DNA from: Candidatus Gottesmanbacteria bacterium
Lineage (GTDB): Bacteria > Patescibacteriota > Microgenomatia > UBA10105 > UBA927
Assembly: GCA_023245355.1 (NCBI GenBank)
Contig: JAHFKN010000002.1
Coordinates: forward strand, 72,460 to 136,459
Length of the DNA: 64,000 nt
Direction: 5' to 3'
The notes beneath the pieces are model-generated. The model did no database searches. It had not been told where the DNA came from and saw only the letters and a program-made list of their open reading frames with translations. Shown piece by piece: positions 50,972 to 59,719 of the stretch (positions are counted from its first letter, which is position 1; each line of letters starts with the position of its first letter). Made by a program: the position numbers and the translations under genes.

Positions 50972-51301
50972 TTAATACGGCTTCGGGAAGTTAATGGAGC
51001 CGCCGATAATCTGCACGCCCAGAAAGTTCTGGACAAGCGTCATTACCGCCCATGCGGAACCCACAATGATGAGTCCGACGATTGCGTGGGTAATTTTATT
51101 GCGGGCTTCCTCCATGCCGGCTTTGTCGCCGCCTGAGGTAATCCATTTAATGCCTCCCAGGATGAGGTAAAGAAAGGCGAGTAAGGCTGCGATGATAAGA
51201 ACGGTGCCGACGAGGGCACTGATCAATTTACCGATGTCGGTAATTTTGATCGTATCCGGCTGTTTGACATCAAGAGCTGCTTGGGCAAATACTTTCTGCA
51301 T
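50972..51301 (-). CDS. VirB2/TrbC-like T4SS pilin (paralog 2)
   Basis: It has LGGIKWITSGGDKAGMEEARNKITHAIVGLIIVG. The ATG at 51301 is used because the tracked start at 51319 is TTG. Confidence 0.6.
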   Translation of the reverse strand: MQKVFAQAALDVKQPDTIKITDIGKLISALVGTVLIIAALLAFLYLILGGIKWITSGGDKAGMEEARNKITHAIVGLIIVGSAWAVMTLVQNFLGVQIIGGSINFPKPY

Positions 51302-51334
51302 AATCAATCCTTTCGTCAAATCAATACAACCTTT

Positions 51335-51363
51335 ATTATACCTTACTTACCATTCTTGCGCAA
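51335..51363 (-). promoter_or_regulatory. sigma70-like promoter TTGCGC-17-TATAAT upstream of pilin paralog 2
   Basis: The hexamers were read on the minus strand. They lie about 30 nt upstream of the ATG at 51301. Confidence 0.4.
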
Positions 51364-51384
51364 GAAAACGGGATTTGTCAACAC

Positions 51385-51726
51385 TTAGTTGCCGATTGTC
51401 GGAATCGGAAGATTGGGGAAATCCAACCCCAGGAAATTACTGACAATCATCATGACTGCCCAGGATGCGCCCACTACAACCAGCCCGATTAACGCATTGG
51501 TGATTTTGTCCCGTGCAGACTGAAGTTTGGCTTTGTCGCCCGCGCTTGTGACCCAGTCAAGACCACCCAGGAACATATAGAGGAGTGCCGATATAAACGC
51601 CAGAATCAGAAATACGCCGACGATTGAGCTGATAAGCGACCCGATGATCGGAGGACCGGCCTCTTTTCCGCCCGAACCGAGTGCGCCGGGAAGTACGGGA
51701 TTGATAATTTGTGCAAGTTGGTGCAT
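51385..51726 (-). CDS. VirB2/TrbC-like T4SS pilin (paralog 3)
   Basis: It has LGGLDWVTSAGDKAKLQSARDKITNALIGLVVVG. Confidence 0.6.
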   Translation of the reverse strand: MHQLAQIINPVLPGALGSGGKEAGPPIIGSLISSIVGVFLILAFISALLYMFLGGLDWVTSAGDKAKLQSARDKITNALIGLVVVGASWAVMMIVSNFLGLDFPNLPIPTIGN

Positions 51727-51732
51727 AACAGA

Positions 51733-52101
51733 TTATTGATTCGGACTGAGTTGTTCGAGCAATCCTCCGGGATTTGCCAGCGTGAAGTCAAATCCGAAAA
51801 ATACGCTTACGAGCGCTAAAATTGCCCAGCTGGCTACGACGATAATGAGTCCGATAAGCGAATTTGTGAGTCTGTCCCGTGCAGACTGAAGTTTGGCTTT
51901 GTCGCCGCCTGCATTAATCCAGTTAAAGCCACCGATAATAAACTGAAACAGGAACCATATTCCTGCGGCAACAGTCATGATGCCGATGACAGAGGAAACC
52001 AGTTTTGTAATACCGGTGATTCCGTCTCCTGCTGATTCGCCGAACGGACCCAGTCCCGCGCCTCCTATTTGTCCCAACGATACCTGAGCTAGCTGTTTCA
52101 T
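51733..52101 (-). CDS. VirB2/TrbC-like T4SS pilin (paralog 4)
   Basis: It has IGGFNWINAGGDKAKLQSARDRLTNSLIGLIIVV. It is 6 nt upstream of paralog 3. Confidence 0.6.
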   Translation of the reverse strand: MKQLAQVSLGQIGGAGLGPFGESAGDGITGITKLVSSVIGIMTVAAGIWFLFQFIIGGFNWINAGGDKAKLQSARDRLTNSLIGLIIVVASWAILALVSVFFGFDFTLANPGGLLEQLSPNQ

Positions 52102-52105
52102 ACAA

Positions 52106-52441
52106 TTATTGTCCCGGTCCGTATATCACCGGGTTCAGGATATAGTCTGCCCGGCCGAAAATAAGATATCCGAACAGTGATGCGAGGGCAAATGATCCGA
52201 CGATGATGATAAGTCCCAAAAGTGACTGCCAAATTCTGCTCCACGCTTCAGAAAGTTTTTTGGAATCGCCGGCCGCGTTCATATAGCTATAGCCGGCAAT
52301 GATAAAGTTCATGAGGGCATAGACACCTGCCGCCACGAAAAAGAGGCGGAGAATATTGGTAATAAATAATCCGATTCCTCCCACTCCAGCATAGCTGGTT
52401 CCTTCAAGCGGATTTTGTACCTGTCCGACGATTTGTTCCAT
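52106..52441 (-). CDS. VirB2/TrbC-like T4SS pilin (paralog 5)
   Basis: It has IAGYSYMNAAGDSKKLSEAWSRIWQSLLGLIIIVG. Confidence 0.55.
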   Translation of the reverse strand: MEQIVGQVQNPLEGTSYAGVGGIGLFITNILRLFFVAAGVYALMNFIIAGYSYMNAAGDSKKLSEAWSRIWQSLLGLIIIVGSFALASLFGYLIFGRADYILNPVIYGPGQ

Positions 52442-52454
52442 AATGATGCCGGCT

Positions 52455-52766
52455 TTAAAAGCCCACAGGACTCAATATTTGTTTTCCGGTAACGACTTCG
52501 ATGATTTGTATGATCCAAAATGATCCTAATACCAGAAGCAGCCCCGTAATAGCGCCGGTGATGGCTGTTTTGCCCTGCTGTGCTTTTTTTGCGTCTCCCG
52601 CCGCTACTATAACGTTAAATCCGCCGAAAATCAATAAAATAAAGCTGATAATACCCGCTAAAACGAATGCATTTTTGACGATTGCCGTGACCACCATTCC
52701 GTAGGTTGTCAGCTCGGGGTTGGGGGCAAGATCCTGTAATGACTCTGCAAATACGCGCTCAATCAT
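52455..52766 (-). CDS. VirB2/TrbC-like T4SS pilin (paralog 6)
   Basis: It has FGGFNVIVAAGDAKKAQQGKTAITGAITGLLLVLG. The ATG at 52766 is used because the tracked start at 52808 is TTG. Confidence 0.55.
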   Translation of the reverse strand: MIERVFAESLQDLAPNPELTTYGMVVTAIVKNAFVLAGIISFILLIFGGFNVIVAAGDAKKAQQGKTAITGAITGLLLVLGSFWIIQIIEVVTGKQILSPVGF

Positions 52767-52833
52767 ATCTATACTAGTAAGTGTAGGGAATTTGCCCGAG
52801 CACGTCAATTATGCTAAAGTAACCCTCATCCCC

Positions 52834-53373
52834 ATGAATGACGCAGCTCTTATTGCCCGTTTGTTTGCTCATGACCGGCGCACGGCAGCCTCTTTTTACC
52901 AGCAATACGCACCGCAACTGCGGCGCCACATCCTTTCAAAAGTAAAAACGGCCGAAGATGCGGAAGAAATACTTCAGGATACGCTGTTTTCGTTTTTGGA
53001 AGGACTCCGGGATTTTCGCGAACATTGCAGTGTCAGGACATACCTTTTTTCTATCTGCCACCATAAGATCATTGATTATTACCGGAGGAAAAAAATCAGC
53101 CATTTCGTGTTTTCACAGCTCCCTCAGCTGGAAACACTCGTCTCTCCGCTGTTAGGACCGGAGGCAGAACTGGATTCCGTGCTTATAAAAGAAAAAATCC
53201 GTACGGTATTTGCCCGGCTGATTCCGGTGCACCGGCAGGTATTGATACTCAAGTATCTGGAACGTGCTTCGGTAGAGGAAATTGCTGACAAGCTCTCTAT
53301 TACGTTTAAAAGCGCGGAATCGAGGCTGTTTCGGGCCCGCAGAGCGTTTGTGGAGCTTTTTCTTTCCATATAA
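52834..53373 (+). CDS. ECF-type RNA polymerase sigma-70 family factor
   Basis: It has region 2 (ILQDTLFSFLEG...) and region 4 (LILKYLERASVEEIADKLSITFKSAESRLFRARRAF). Confidence 0.7.
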   Translation: MNDAALIARLFAHDRRTAASFYQQYAPQLRRHILSKVKTAEDAEEILQDTLFSFLEGLRDFREHCSVRTYLFSICHHKIIDYYRRKKISHFVFSQLPQLETLVSPLLGPEAELDSVLIKEKIRTVFARLIPVHRQVLILKYLERASVEEIADKLSITFKSAESRLFRARRAFVELFLSI

Positions 53374-53375
53374 CT

Positions 53376-53606
53376 ATGAGTGATGTAACGTACCAAAAGT
53401 TTGTCAAACGATGGGAGGAGGTAACCGATATTCCTCCGCAGACGTTCGGTCCGCTGACAGGCGTATATAAACAGCTTACGAAGCGGCTCAAAGTTATGCC
53501 GTGGCCGTGGTTTGTGATCGCCGGTATCGGATTCGTGCTTATGCTGTATGTGCTTATCGGCTCGGCAATTACGATGCTCACAACCATTCTTCAAAACAGC
53601 TTCTGA
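53376..53606 (+). CDS. small single-TM protein, putative anti-sigma factor
   Basis: The 76-aa product has one TM helix and lies 3 nt downstream of the ECF sigma gene. Confidence 0.4.
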   Translation: MSDVTYQKFVKRWEEVTDIPPQTFGPLTGVYKQLTKRLKVMPWPWFVIAGIGFVLMLYVLIGSAITMLTTILQNSF

Positions 53607-53659
53607 TATATGGCACTCCGGTTTTTTAAACAGCGGATTTAGGCTGGCAGCGCGGGTTT

Positions 53660-54310
53660 TTGTCCGATGTTGCGACTACCATATTAATGGACATATTGAG
53701 CGTACTTATTGTGGATGCCGTCGCGTTTGGCCGTACCGTCATAGGGATTATGACGCGGCCGTATGAAACGTACCGGAGGATCAGCAGCAAAGGAAAATCC
53801 GGGGAACTTCTGTATATTTTTGTAGTATTGGGTGTATATTTTGCGCTGGCAAGTATTGTAAAGGTGGCTGCATTCCGGCCGTTTTTGCTGACGCAGCAAT
53901 TTGTCGTCCTGTTTGCCGGGGCGCTAAGCGGAGCGCTTGTATCAACAGGGATCATTTTTATCGCGGGCCGGCTGTTTGGGGCCCGCGCGGCATTTATTCC
54001 GCTTCTGGTTGCCTGGTCATACACGCTCATTCCGACCGTCGTATGGTTTTTTGCCACGTCGCTCCTCTACGTATTATTGCCTCCGCCCCGAACTACCAGC
54101 GTTCCGGGGATTCTGTTCAGTCTGCTGTTTTTGGCGTTTTCCGCAACACTTTTGGGATGGAAAGTCACGCTTTCCTACCTTACGCTCCGGTTCAGCCTGA
54201 GGCTAAATTTCGGAAAAAGCATGCTGGTTGCGGCGGTATGTGCGCCGGTCGTTGCCGCATGGGCGTATGCCATGTATAAAACAGGAATATTTAAGGTGCC
54301 ATTTTTATGA
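53660..54310 (+). CDS. Yip1-domain-like polytopic membrane protein
   Basis: It has 5 TM helices and an N-terminal RPYETY region. Confidence 0.4.
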   Translation: MSDVATTILMDILSVLIVDAVAFGRTVIGIMTRPYETYRRISSKGKSGELLYIFVVLGVYFALASIVKVAAFRPFLLTQQFVVLFAGALSGALVSTGIIFIAGRLFGARAAFIPLLVAWSYTLIPTVVWFFATSLLYVLLPPPRTTSVPGILFSLLFLAFSATLLGWKVTLSYLTLRFSLRLNFGKSMLVAAVCAPVVAAWAYAMYKTGIFKVPFL

Positions 54311-55473
54311 ACGTACGGGATTTTTCATCAGCTGATGAGCGCAGGAAGGCCGTGGAAAAGGAGTTGTCCGTCGAGCTTACGCATATCGGCTCGTATAGCC
54401 TTGATGCTGGTGTTGCCGGGACACGCAACTGCGAGAATATGATCGGAGCGGCCCAGATACCCATGGGCGTAGCCGGCCCGCTCACTCTAACGACTGTTAA
54501 CGGGAAGAGCAATACCTACTATCTTCCGCTTGCCACGACAGAAGGGGCGCTTGTCGCGTCGGTTAACCGCGGGTGCAAAGCGATAACTGTAAGCGGGGGC
54601 GCAACAGTTGATAGCCATAGGGTAGGCGCGACCCGGGGCCCGGTATTTAAAGTTGCTAATCTTTCGGAAAACCGGAGATTGCATGAGTATTTAGAAGGGC
54701 ACTTTTCCGAACTCAAGGAGATAACAGAGAAAACTTCGCGCCATCTTACGCTCAAAAAGATCACATCCCGGGGGGTGGGCCTGTATCGGTTTGTCAGGTT
54801 TGTATATGACACCCAGGATGCCATGGGTCTTAATATGGTGACCATCGCAACAGATGCTGCATGCCGGTATATAGAAGAACAAACAGGGAACACCTGCGTT
54901 GCCCTTTCCGGAAATTTTTGTGTCGACAAAAAAGCTTCGTGGCAAAACTTCGTAAGCGGCAGGGGAACCAAAGTGTGGGCAGAGGTAGTGCTGCCGGCGG
55001 AGGTTTTGCGGGGAGTGTTAAAGACTGATGCCCACAAGGCATACGGAACGTGGCTGGCAAAATGTATGCTGGGAAGTGCTGTGAGCGGTTCGATCGGATT
55101 TAACGGGCAGTTTGCCAATGTGGTAGCAGCTCTTTTTATCGCGACAGGGCAGGATCCGGCGCACGTGGTGGAAGGCAGCCTCGGAGTAACCACGGCTGAA
55201 GTGGTTAATGGGAGTGATTTGTATGTAAGCGTATACCTGCCGGACCTTATGGTCGGAACGGTGGGAGGAGGGACGACGCTCGCAACCCAGCACGAAGCAC
55301 TTAGTATGCTTGGTGTGGCAGGGGCTTCCCCGGAGGGGAAACACGGAAAAAATGCGCAAACACTTGCAGAGATTGTCGGCGGTGCCGCACTGGCAGGAGA
55401 AATTTCCCTTTTGTCATCCCTTGAGCAGGGAACGCTCGCGCAGGCACACAATAAGCTTGGGAGAGGCAAATAA
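54307..55473 (+). CDS. hmgA: hydroxymethylglutaryl-CoA reductase (NADPH), class I, short archaeal-type
   Basis: Motifs ENMIG, TTEGALVAS, DAMGLNM and GTVGGGT are present. Confidence 0.85.
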   Translation: MNVRDFSSADERRKAVEKELSVELTHIGSYSLDAGVAGTRNCENMIGAAQIPMGVAGPLTLTTVNGKSNTYYLPLATTEGALVASVNRGCKAITVSGGATVDSHRVGATRGPVFKVANLSENRRLHEYLEGHFSELKEITEKTSRHLTLKKITSRGVGLYRFVRFVYDTQDAMGLNMVTIATDAACRYIEEQTGNTCVALSGNFCVDKKASWQNFVSGRGTKVWAEVVLPAEVLRGVLKTDAHKAYGTWLAKCMLGSAVSGSIGFNGQFANVVAALFIATGQDPAHVVEGSLGVTTAEVVNGSDLYVSVYLPDLMVGTVGGGTTLATQHEALSMLGVAGASPEGKHGKNAQTLAEIVGGAALAGEISLLSSLEQGTLAQAHNKLGRGK

Positions 55474-55474
55474 T

Positions 55475-56518
55475 ATGGTCGGTATCATTTCCTACGGCAC
55501 GTATATTCCGAAATACCGCATCCGTATCGCGGATATTGCGGCAGCATGGAAAAAAGACGTTGAAGAAGTAGTCCGTTCGTTAGGACTCACGGACAAGTCC
55601 GTTCCGGGATTTGATGAAGACGCCGCAACGATTGCCATTGAAGCCGCTTTGGAAAGTCTGTCCGTATTTTCCGGCACGGCAAGCGACATCGACGTGTTGT
55701 TTGTCGGAAGCGAAAGCCATCCGTACGCGGTAAATCCGACGTCAACAACCGTCGGAGAATTATTGGGAGTCGGACACGAATATCTGGCGGCTGATATGGA
55801 ATTTGCCTGTAAAGCCGGAACAGCCGCCATACAGGCGATCGCGGGCCTTGTTGCCGCCGGACATGCCGGGCTTGGTATGGCAATAGGAACGGATACGGCG
55901 CAAGGCAAGCCGCATGATTTTTTGGAATATACGGCTGCAGCCGGAGGAGCTGCTTTTTTGATCGGGAGTGAACACATCGCCGCAAAATTGTTGGCAGATA
56001 CGTCCTATTCGTCTGACACACCGGATTTTTGGCGCCGTGACGGCATGCGGTACCCTTCACATGCGGGCAGATTTACGGGGGAGCCTGCATATTACAGCCA
56101 CGTGATGGGCGCGGCTACGAGGTTGTTGGAGATGACTAATACAAAACCCACTGATTATGCGTATTGTATTTTCCACAGTCCGAACGGCAAATTTCCCCGG
56201 GAAGTAGCACGGAGATTGGGATTTACATCCGCGCAGCTGGCGCCGTCATTGCTGGTGGATCATATCGGGAATGCGTATTCGGCGACTACCATGCTGGGGC
56301 TTGCCGCAGTACTCGATATCGCAAAACCGAATCAAAAAATATTTATGGTTTCCTACGGATCAGGGGCAGGAAGTGATGCGTTCGTCTGGGAAACGACCCC
56401 AGACCTTGTGCGTTTACAGAAAGCAAAAACAAAAACCAAACAACGCGTGATGGATCAGGTAAGCCGGAAAATATACGTGGATTACGTCCAGTTTTTGAAA
56501 TTAACCCATAAACTATGA
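55475..56518 (+). CDS. hydroxymethylglutaryl-CoA synthase (archaeal-type)
   Basis: It has a thiolase-like fold with the Cys in MEFACKAGT. GGAGAGG lies 9 nt upstream of the ATG at 55475. Confidence 0.85.
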   Translation: MVGIISYGTYIPKYRIRIADIAAAWKKDVEEVVRSLGLTDKSVPGFDEDAATIAIEAALESLSVFSGTASDIDVLFVGSESHPYAVNPTSTTVGELLGVGHEYLAADMEFACKAGTAAIQAIAGLVAAGHAGLGMAIGTDTAQGKPHDFLEYTAAAGGAAFLIGSEHIAAKLLADTSYSSDTPDFWRRDGMRYPSHAGRFTGEPAYYSHVMGAATRLLEMTNTKPTDYAYCIFHSPNGKFPREVARRLGFTSAQLAPSLLVDHIGNAYSATTMLGLAAVLDIAKPNQKIFMVSYGSGAGSDAFVWETTPDLVRLQKAKTKTKQRVMDQVSRKIYVDYVQFLKLTHKL

Positions 56519-57654
56519 AACTGTTTGTAACAGGGGCAGCAACAACCAAATTCGGTGAACTATGGAATGCGTCTCCGCGCGGGCTTGCGCGCCACGCGGT
56601 GTTTGAGGCACTCAAAGATGCAGAAACTCTTCCATCTTCCGTGGAGGCATTGTTTGTGGGAAACATGCTTTCCGGAATGTTAGGGGGCCAAGAGCATCTC
56701 GGTGCGTTTTTTGCGGAAGAATTGGGGTTAACTGTTCCGGCATTTAAAGTGGAGGGAGCCTGCGCGTCTGGAGGCTTGGCGCTTCACAATGCCGTAAACA
56801 GTTTGTTAAGCGGACAGTATACGACGGTTGCGGTATTGGGGATAGAAAAAATGACTGATCATAAACCGGAAGATGTTGCGACGGCTCTTATGGGGGCAGG
56901 AAGTGAGGAAGAGAGAAGCGCCGGGGCAACATTTCCGGGGCTGTACGCAATACTTGCACGCGTACATATGCGCGAGTTCGGCACGACCGAAGAAGATCTC
57001 GCCGCCGTGGCCGTCAAAAATCACCTGCATGCCAGTCTCAATCCGAACGCTCAGTTTCATAACACGCTGACGGTCGAGCAGGTGATGAAAAGCAGCAGGA
57101 TAGCCGACCCGCTGAAGCTGCTGGATTGTTCACCGATTTCCGATGGTGCCGCAGCGGTTATCCTGAGTATCCATAAAACGCAAAGAGGAGTGGAATTGTC
57201 CGCCTCTGCGGTAGCAACGGACACGCTGGGGTTAGCACAGAGGAAAGATCTTACCCAGCTTGCTGCTACACGTGATGCATCCCAAAAAGCATATGCGATT
57301 GCAGGGGTAACCGAAGCCGATATTGATGTTGCCGAAGTGCATGACTGTTTCACGATTGCCGAGGTGCTTGCTATGGAGGATTTGGGATTTTTCCCCAAGG
57401 GAAAAGCGGCAGCGGCTATTGCCCAGGGAAAAACGACGGTAGGGAATGGCAAACATGTGGTTGTGAATCCGTCGGGCGGCCTGAAGGGGTGCGGACACCC
57501 GGTCGGAGCTACCGGAGTAAAGCAAATTGTCGAGTTGGTAGATCAGCTCCGGGGAATTGCCGGGAAGCGGCAAGTGTCCGGTGCGCGCGTCGGGCTTGCC
57601 CATAATGTCGGAGGGAGCGGGGCTACCGCAGTCATTCATATATTGAAAAAATAA
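56515..57654 (+). CDS. acetyl-CoA C-acetyltransferase (thiolase, archaeal-type)
   Basis: It has the active-site Cys in GACASGGLAL and the C-terminal motifs NPSGGL and GHPVGATG. Confidence 0.85.
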   Translation: MKLFVTGAATTKFGELWNASPRGLARHAVFEALKDAETLPSSVEALFVGNMLSGMLGGQEHLGAFFAEELGLTVPAFKVEGACASGGLALHNAVNSLLSGQYTTVAVLGIEKMTDHKPEDVATALMGAGSEEERSAGATFPGLYAILARVHMREFGTTEEDLAAVAVKNHLHASLNPNAQFHNTLTVEQVMKSSRIADPLKLLDCSPISDGAAAVILSIHKTQRGVELSASAVATDTLGLAQRKDLTQLAATRDASQKAYAIAGVTEADIDVAEVHDCFTIAEVLAMEDLGFFPKGKAAAAIAQGKTTVGNGKHVVVNPSGGLKGCGHPVGATGVKQIVELVDQLRGIAGKRQVSGARVGLAHNVGGSGATAVIHILKK

Positions 57655-57656
57655 AT

Positions 57657-57959
57657 ATGCAAAGTCCGGTAAAAATTTGGAGAAATCAGAAAAATATTGC
57701 CGCATTGGTCGGTAAAACAGGCACGATTATTTCGTGGACCATCGTGCGTGTGCCGCCGGGGGATTTTACGGATCAGGCGCCGTATCCGGTGGTGCTCATT
57801 GAGATGGAAGACGGAAAACACGTGACATGTCAGATGGTTGATTATGACGTCAGTGATCTTTCCGTAGGGCAACGCGTTATAACGATTGTCCGCCGGGTAA
57901 CCCACCCGGATGCAGACGGGGTGATTCCGTACGGCATCAAAGCAAAACCACTCGTATGA
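57657..57959 (+). CDS. DUF35 OB-fold/Zn-ribbon scaffold protein of thiolase/HMGCS complex
   Basis: It is 100 aa with an OB-fold signature, immediately after the thiolase gene as in archaeal mevalonate operons. Confidence 0.7.
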   Translation: MQSPVKIWRNQKNIAALVGKTGTIISWTIVRVPPGDFTDQAPYPVVLIEMEDGKHVTCQMVDYDVSDLSVGQRVITIVRRVTHPDADGVIPYGIKAKPLV

Positions 57960-58897
57960 AAAAAATTATTGTTTCTGTACCTGGAAAAGTTCATCTCATG
58001 GGAGAGCATGCCGTGGTGTATGGAAAACCAGCATTACTTGCTGCAATCAATTTGCGACTGTCTGTTTCCATCGAACCGGCTAAGAAATTTGAAATTATTT
58101 CTACTGAGCCTACGGATCACGCGCAATGCGCGGTAGATTATTTACTTGGTCAATTCAAAGTTAAAAAATATCCTTTGATAAAAATTACCATTGATTCACA
58201 GATTCCGGCAGGATTTCATTTAGGTTCATCTGCGGCTGTGGCAGTTGGATTATCGGGTGCCATGATGTATTTTTTCAAAAAACTCTGGAATCCAATTCGG
58301 ATAAATGAATTAGCGTATGAAATTGAAAAGAAACAACACGGTAATCCTTCAGGCGGTGATAACACGACAGTAACAGTTGGAGGATTTGTGTGGTTTCGGA
58401 AAGAATTGGAGTTTTTGAAAAGCATCTGGCAGCTTACGTTTAAACCTCATGCTTCACTTAACCATTTTTTTCTTATTAAGACGAAGCGTCCATCAGAGAC
58501 TACCGGAGAAATGGTTGCACTCGTACGCGATCAGTACACAAAGAATCAAAAGAAAATCGAAGAATTGTTGAATCTCAATGAGCAGCAAGCGAAGCGTGTG
58601 ACAGTCGCGCTTAAGGAAGGGAACGAAGCAGCGCTTCTTGACGCTATTTGTATTGGCGAGTCAACGCTTGAGGGAATGGGAGTGGTGAGCGCAAAGGTTA
58701 CACCGCTTATACGTTCGATAGAAAAGAATGGGGGAGCGGCAAAAATATTAGGTGGTGGTGGAAAAGAAGATGGTGTAGGTTTTTTGCTTTGTTATCATCA
58801 TGAGCCAAAGCGCATTGACAAGATGTGCAAAAAGTATGGTTATGAGATTCGCTCCGTTGCACTTGGTGAAGACGGGGTGCGTTTAGAAAAACGATAA
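57956..58897 (+). CDS. mvk: mevalonate kinase (GHMP kinase)
   Basis: VPGKVHLMGEHAVVYGKPALLAAI and the GHMP motif PAGFHLGSSAA are present. Confidence 0.8.
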   Translation: MKKIIVSVPGKVHLMGEHAVVYGKPALLAAINLRLSVSIEPAKKFEIISTEPTDHAQCAVDYLLGQFKVKKYPLIKITIDSQIPAGFHLGSSAAVAVGLSGAMMYFFKKLWNPIRINELAYEIEKKQHGNPSGGDNTTVTVGGFVWFRKELEFLKSIWQLTFKPHASLNHFFLIKTKRPSETTGEMVALVRDQYTKNQKKIEELLNLNEQQAKRVTVALKEGNEAALLDAICIGESTLEGMGVVSAKVTPLIRSIEKNGGAAKILGGGGKEDGVGFLLCYHHEPKRIDKMCKKYGYEIRSVALGEDGVRLEKR

Positions 58898-58899
58898 CT

Positions 58900-59712
58900 A
58901 TGTCTCTTCAAGAACGACAACCCAAAATATCTCACGGGCTTATTCATTCATATGAACAAAGAGATTTTGCTACTGGACCAAAGACATATTCAGACGAACG
59001 CTTGTTTGATGTAATTGATACGGCCTCTGGGTTGAAAGGAAATAGAGAGCGTCAAGTAGTTGCTGATATGATGTCTGGGCCCGGCAATGTTGGATTAGCC
59101 TTATATGCACGACACCCTGAGCACACATATTATTTTATCGATTTAGCAAATAAACAGCTGCAAAAAATTTCAGCCGATAAACTTAATTGCATAAAGATAC
59201 AGGGAGATATTCGGAAATTGCCAATTTCAGATAATACATTTGATGTAGCTGTTGCGCGGTACGCGATAAAAGATTTGCCACAAGATGAACAATCAATTGC
59301 ACTGGCGGAAATATTCCGTACGTTAAAACCCGGTGGAGTATTTGTGTTAACTGACATGGTATCGCCAAGCGATGAAACGAAATCATGGCTCAATGCTCAG
59401 CATGCGAAAAAGCAGGAATTATCTGGCCGGCAGAAAAGCGAAGGGGTCTGTCATATCCCAACAGAGAAAGAATGGTTACATGTTTTGTCTCAAGCAGGAT
59501 TTAAGCCCGTAGTCGAAGGATATTCGACAAGTTATGTATCGACTGATGACTGGGTGAAGGGGAAGCAAATAACATCAGAGCAAGCGTCTGTATTAAACGA
59601 AATGATAATTCATGCACCATTATATATTCAAAAAGCGTTTACTATTCGAAATGACAAAGGTGCTGTTACGATTGAATATCCAGTGGTAATCATTAAAGCA
59701 ATAAAATTATGA
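58900..59712 (+). CDS. class I SAM-dependent methyltransferase embedded in mevalonate operon
   Basis: Methyltransf_11-like motifs DMMSGPGNVGL and LKPGGVFVLTD are present. Confidence 0.65.
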   Translation: MSLQERQPKISHGLIHSYEQRDFATGPKTYSDERLFDVIDTASGLKGNRERQVVADMMSGPGNVGLALYARHPEHTYYFIDLANKQLQKISADKLNCIKIQGDIRKLPISDNTFDVAVARYAIKDLPQDEQSIALAEIFRTLKPGGVFVLTDMVSPSDETKSWLNAQHAKKQELSGRQKSEGVCHIPTEKEWLHVLSQAGFKPVVEGYSTSYVSTDDWVKGKQITSEQASVLNEMIIHAPLYIQKAFTIRNDKGAVTIEYPVVIIKAIKL

Positions 59713-59719
59713 TGCGGTT

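Noticed and set aside
55310-55474. 5' extensions of HMGCS (55310), MVD (60538), GT2 (11092, 11898), nadD (44569) and sigma factor (52720)
   Set aside because: The extensions overlap upstream genes, whereas internal ATGs give ATGA or TAATG coupling, RBS motifs and N-termini that match the family.
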